Shown here piece by piece: positions 60,043-64,000 of a stretch of DNA of 64,000 nucleotides. Origin of the DNA: Candidatus Bathyarchaeota archaeon (GTDB lineage: Archaea > Thermoproteota > Bathyarchaeia > TCS64); the NCBI GenBank assembly GCA_963771885.1, contig CAVYVF010000002.1:32001-96000 (forward strand), given 5' to 3'. The position numbers and the translations under genes are program-made. Every line of letters starts with the position of its first letter. Positions within the stretch are counted from its first letter, which is position 1. The notes beneath the pieces were generated by a model, which was given only the letters and a program-made list of their open reading frames with translations, was not told the origin of the DNA and made no database searches.

Positions 60043-60408
60043 TTAAAGAACTCTGCCCGGGAGTACCTCAGCGATTGTCCTAATTATGATGTCCGGAGGT
60101 ACGGGCTTCAGCAGGACCCTGTCATAGAGGTTGTTCCCAGCCTCGTCGTTATTCATATATCCAGTGAGAAGGATTATCCTCGCCTCGGGCTTAATCGATT
60201 TGAGCATTTTCGCCACCTCGAGCCCCTTCATATCTGGGAGTATATAGTCGAGAAGGACGAGGTCATACTTCTTCTCCGTGAATTTTTCAACCGCAGTGGC
60301 GCCTGTCGTCACTGTGTCCGCCTCGTAGCCCTCGTCGGTTAGGATGTAGCCAAGGATCTGGCTGCTCATCTCGTCGTCGTCTACGAGAAGCAGGGCGGCT
60401 CGGGTCAT
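60043..60408 (-). CDS. stand-alone response regulator receiver
   Basis: LLVDDDE, LLDYILPDMKG, LLTG, KP. Confidence 0.9.
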   Translation of the reverse strand: MTRAALLLVDDDEMSSQILGYILTDEGYEADTVTTGATAVEKFTEKKYDLVLLDYILPDMKGLEVAKMLKSIKPEARIILLTGYMNNDEAGNNLYDRVLLKPVPPDIIIRTIAEVLPGRVL

Positions 60409-60705
60409 AGTTGATTCTGCCCGTAGCCCTTTTTTAAAGGTGACTATGGATGACGATACGGGTTAAGAGTATTTTTTGAGGGCAACATTGTGATCTTCGT
60501 TCTGGATTGATGCGCATATTGTTCATGTGCCTAGGAAAAGAAGTTGGCTTAAAGTCTCCTATCTGATCGTGGCTAGTTATATTTGATAAAAACCTGTCTC
60601 TAGTTACCAATCCAAGTTGCGTGCGAGATGCTAATGGAATGTTATCATATTCCGATTACGCTGATTGAATGGATAAGTATTCGTCTAAGATTCAATTCGT
60701 TTTCA

Positions 60706-61836
60706 TTAAATTGTTTTTACTTTTCCCACTTGACTGAAAACGTTACCCACGCCGGGACGGGTTGTGTTGAAGCCCGGCTCGAGCTCCGCTATGGCAGTCG
60801 CCACAATCTCGATGAGGTTTTCTAGGTCGCTTGGGGCGAAGACCTCGACAGGACTGTGACTGTAGCGGCGCGGTATGCCTATTGTGCATGCGGGTATGCC
60901 TCCGCGGGTCTGCATGAGAGTCATGGCATCGGTGCCGCCGCTCATGATGCCGACTTGGTGGGGTATGTTATGCGCCTCCGCGGTGCGACGGAGCCATCTG
61001 TGGACCTGTTGGCTCTGGATCCTCACCCTGTCCCCTTGCTCGCCGACGTGGAGCCCCGCGCCTCTGCCGACCTCGTAGAATAAGTCGCGCATGTTGACGT
61101 CTGGCTGGAAGCCTGAGGGGAAGGTGTCTATGGCGACGGCCATGTCTACGTCGATGTCGTGTAAACACGTTTCGGCGCCGCGGAGTCCTATCTCCTCCTC
61201 GACTGAGCCGATGTAATATACTGTTGCTTTGGTTCGCTTGTTTGCGAACATCTTAGCGATGGTTATGAGTGCGGCGCAGCCGGCTCGGTCGTCGATGCTC
61301 GGGCTTGCTATGAGGCCGTTCGCAAGCTTGACCGGAGATGTTGCGTAGGTGATAGGCGTGCCATTTATGACGCCCATGGCTACCGCCTCCTCCCTGCTTC
61401 TCGCGCCGATGTCGATATACATTTCCTCAATGGGTGGAATTGTGTTCGCCTCAGCGGGGGTGGTTATGTGGCCCGGCTTCATCCCTACGACGCCGACGAT
61501 TGGCCCCTTCTCGGTGAGTATCTGTAGGTGCTGCCCCTGTATGGCGCGCGTGACGCTGCCTCCGATCTTCCTGAAACGAATGAAACCCGTCGCGTCTATG
61601 TTGAAGACTATGAAGCCTATCTGGTCTAGGTGGGAGACGAGCGCCACCTTGGGTGCCATGGGGTCCCCTCCCTTCTGGATGGCTATCACGTTGCCGCGGG
61701 GCGTCCCATATACCTCGTCGACGTAGGGCTTGATTTCGTCGATGAACGTCCTCATCATAGGCTCCTCGAAACCTGAGGGAGCCTGAACCTCAACAAGTCT
61801 GTAGAATAGGTCTAGAATCGAGTCCTTGCCACTCAT
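60706..61836 (-). CDS. M42 (TET-like) aminopeptidase, copy 2
   Basis: SHLDQIG, IDDRAG, EEEIGLRGA, GGTDA, RYSHSPVE. Confidence 0.92.
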   Translation of the reverse strand: MSGKDSILDLFYRLVEVQAPSGFEEPMMRTFIDEIKPYVDEVYGTPRGNVIAIQKGGDPMAPKVALVSHLDQIGFIVFNIDATGFIRFRKIGGSVTRAIQGQHLQILTEKGPIVGVVGMKPGHITTPAEANTIPPIEEMYIDIGARSREEAVAMGVINGTPITYATSPVKLANGLIASPSIDDRAGCAALITIAKMFANKRTKATVYYIGSVEEEIGLRGAETCLHDIDVDMAVAIDTFPSGFQPDVNMRDLFYEVGRGAGLHVGEQGDRVRIQSQQVHRWLRRTAEAHNIPHQVGIMSGGTDAMTLMQTRGGIPACTIGIPRRYSHSPVEVFAPSDLENLIEIVATAIAELEPGFNTTRPGVGNVFSQVGKVKTI

Positions 61837-61874
61837 AAGGAAGGGGTGACTGTTGGGGAAAAGAGGTTTTGGGT

Positions 61875-62201
61875 CTAGATATCAATGATATCGTCTTCGA
61901 GACCTCCCCTCTGCTTCTTCTGAGTAGCGGGGTTGACCTTCTCAAGCATCTCGAAGACGGTCTCCATCTTGCTGTTGCTTAGTATCTCCTTGAACTCCTC
62001 GTACTCGGAGACGTCGCGTATAAGGAGGCCCTTGCGCTTAGTTGGGGCGCCGCTGGCGTCGACGGGATTTACCTCTATGGCGAGTCGCGCGGGCTGGCCG
62101 CGGTATGAGGGTAGTTTCTGTATGAAGACTCCAGGGATGGTAGTTTTGACCTTCGCCCAGTCTTTTCCTGTTGCTAGGAACTCCTGTAGTTTCTCGGACA
62201 T
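61875..62201 (-). CDS. hypothetical protein (possible nucleic-acid binding)
   Basis: 108-aa ORF; LAIEVNPVD..G.PTKRKGLLIR and acidic C-terminus EDDIIDI. Confidence 0.7.
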   Translation of the reverse strand: MSEKLQEFLATGKDWAKVKTTIPGVFIQKLPSYRGQPARLAIEVNPVDASGAPTKRKGLLIRDVSEYEEFKEILSNSKMETVFEMLEKVNPATQKKQRGGLEDDIIDI

Positions 62202-62280
62202 GGGTATGGCTACACTGTGCCGGTATTCAAGTTTAGCCCTACGGGGATAGTGGTTTAAACGGGATTAACAACTTCATATT

Positions 62281-63972
62281 ATGTCTGATTCTCTGTTCGT
62301 CTACCAGCTGCGGCGATGGGCTGGTCCGGGGAGACACGACGGTGTCGCCCAGAACGGGATGGTAGCATCGAAGCACACCTTGATCGGGGAGGCGGGGTGT
62401 AAGATGATCAGCCGTGGCGGTAATGCTGTGGACGCCGCTGTCGCTGGGGGCTTCATGGACTGCGTCGTCGAGCCCGCTATGAACGGCATCGGAGGAGAGG
62501 GCGTCATGGCGATACACCTCCACACTGGTGAGAACGTCATCATTGACTATGTTGGCAGGCCCTCGAAGGATTGCACACCGGATATGTATGAGCTGTCCGA
62601 CTCGAAGGAGCCGGGCTGGATGGGGTGGCGCGCCGTAAAGAGGGACGCCAACGTCATCGGACACAAGGCTTGCGTCACACCCGGCACAGTGGCGGGACTC
62701 ACCGAAGCACTGGATCGTTATGGCACGATGAAGCTCATGGACGTTATGGCCCCTGCCATAAGCGTCGCGGAGGAGGGTTTCCCCGTCGGCTGGTGGACCG
62801 CTGGTTACATCTTCCAGAGGATGAAGACCTTCGCCCACCTCCCTGAGTGGGGCAAGAAGTTCCTCCACGACGGCAAGTACCCCTACATACCCTTCACCTA
62901 CGATATGCAGAAGCCCGAGATGTTCATCCAGAAGAACCTCGCCAAGTCACTCAAGGCGATCGCGGAGGGCGGCAGGGACGCTTTCTACAAGGGGTGGATA
63001 GCTGACGCGATAGCCGACGAGATGGCGGCGCACAACGGTCTCATCACGCGTGAAGACCTCGCTATGTACGAGCCTATCATCAGCAGCCCCGAGCCAGGTT
63101 ACTACAGGGGATGCGGGTTAGTCTACGACCCGACACATGGAGGCACGACCCTCGTCGAGATGCTCAACATCCTCGAGGGATACAACCTCGCCGGCTACGG
63201 CTTCGGCTCCCCAGAGTACCTGCACCTAGTCGGAGACGCTATAGGACTCGCGTACGCTGACCGTTTCGAGTTTATGGGTGACCCCGACTGGGTCAAGGTC
63301 CCACAAAAGGCGTTGGTCTCCAAGAAGTACGCCGAAGAGCTAAGGAAGAGGATCAGCGTTGACAAGGCGTCGAGGATAGGATTTGGGAAGCCGTGGCCGT
63401 TCGAGCCCGACCACACGACCAGCCTCGCCGTCGGGGACAAGGCGGGGAACATGGTCTGCATAAACCAAACACTAGTCAATCTCTTTGGCTCTGGTGTCGT
63501 CGTCCCAGGGACGGGCATCACGATGAACAACGCCATGTACGGGCTTAATCCCGAGCCGGGTCACGCTAACTCAATCGACGGGAGGAAGAGGCGAATTCAG
63601 AATGTCTGCCCGATTATCCTACTCAAGGATGGCGAAGGGTTTCTCGCAGTCGGCGCGCCGGGCGGGCGCAACATCCCAGTAGCGGTTATGCAGATGGTTC
63701 TACACGTCGTCGACTTTAAGATGGGCATACAGGAGGCTATTGAAGCGCCGAGGTGCACGCGCGAGACTGGGCGTCTATTCATCGACAGTAGGTTCCCGCC
63801 TGAGACCCGGGACAGGCTCAGGGCGATGGGCCACGACCTCGACTGGGTCGACGAGGAGCTCCGGAGCTGGGCGCGCCCCGTCGGGGTGATTAGAGATCCC
63901 GAGACTAGGCTGCTCCATGGTGGTGTCACGACTACTCTCACTAATTTCGAGTCCCGCGCCGTCGGCTGCTAA
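62281..63972 (+). CDS. ggt: gamma-glutamyltransferase family (Ntn hydrolase)
   Basis: GGNAVDAAVA, GIGG, FYKGWIA, HTTS nucleophile, FGSGVV, GAPGG. Confidence 0.92.
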   Translation: MSDSLFVYQLRRWAGPGRHDGVAQNGMVASKHTLIGEAGCKMISRGGNAVDAAVAGGFMDCVVEPAMNGIGGEGVMAIHLHTGENVIIDYVGRPSKDCTPDMYELSDSKEPGWMGWRAVKRDANVIGHKACVTPGTVAGLTEALDRYGTMKLMDVMAPAISVAEEGFPVGWWTAGYIFQRMKTFAHLPEWGKKFLHDGKYPYIPFTYDMQKPEMFIQKNLAKSLKAIAEGGRDAFYKGWIADAIADEMAAHNGLITREDLAMYEPIISSPEPGYYRGCGLVYDPTHGGTTLVEMLNILEGYNLAGYGFGSPEYLHLVGDAIGLAYADRFEFMGDPDWVKVPQKALVSKKYAEELRKRISVDKASRIGFGKPWPFEPDHTTSLAVGDKAGNMVCINQTLVNLFGSGVVVPGTGITMNNAMYGLNPEPGHANSIDGRKRRIQNVCPIILLKDGEGFLAVGAPGGRNIPVAVMQMVLHVVDFKMGIQEAIEAPRCTRETGRLFIDSRFPPETRDRLRAMGHDLDWVDEELRSWARPVGVIRDPETRLLHGGVTTTLTNFESRAVGC

Positions 63973-64000
63973 ATTTTCCAGTCGAGGTTGAAGCCGTTTC

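Noticed and set aside
1..64000. CRISPR arrays, rRNA genes, intact IS elements, and Sec/Pyl read-through
   Set aside because: No regularly spaced repeats, rRNA signatures or transposases seen by eye; the broken genes are explained by frameshifts, not by in-frame TGA/TAG codons

Overview
Chromosomal segment of an archaeon. It encodes ribosomal proteins L14e and L40e, a tetraether lipid synthase, an EMC3/DUF106 insertase and a bifunctional PGI/PMI. Gene content and style suggest Bathyarchaeia, but this is inference. The window is gene-dense, with about 75 coding regions and no rRNA, tRNA or CRISPR array that I can support. It is dominated by amino-acid and peptide catabolism: four M20 and two M42 peptidases/amidohydrolases, two creatininase-family proteins, DDAH, GGT, GcvPA/PB, a class III aminotransferase, a lysine/saccharopine dehydrogenase, FrlC, a proline-racemase-family protein and aconitase X. 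At least nine otherwise intact genes, including cmk, gcvPB and HMG-CoA reductase, carry single-base frameshifts, most simply explained as consensus indel errors. Features missed by the ORF track include rpl40e (ending in an unusual -RSGG), two zinc-binding microproteins, a truncated tyrosine-integrase remnant and a candidate ~150-nt three-way-junction non-coding RNA at 40670-40820. The best novelty candidates are that RNA, the proline-racemase homologue with a non-canonical Cys/Ala active site, two RNase H-like paralogues that each sit beside an RNA-methylation gene, a membrane-anchored wHTH regulator pair, and an atypical aconitase X operon with a triple palindromic operator. All family calls come from motif recognition, not database searches.
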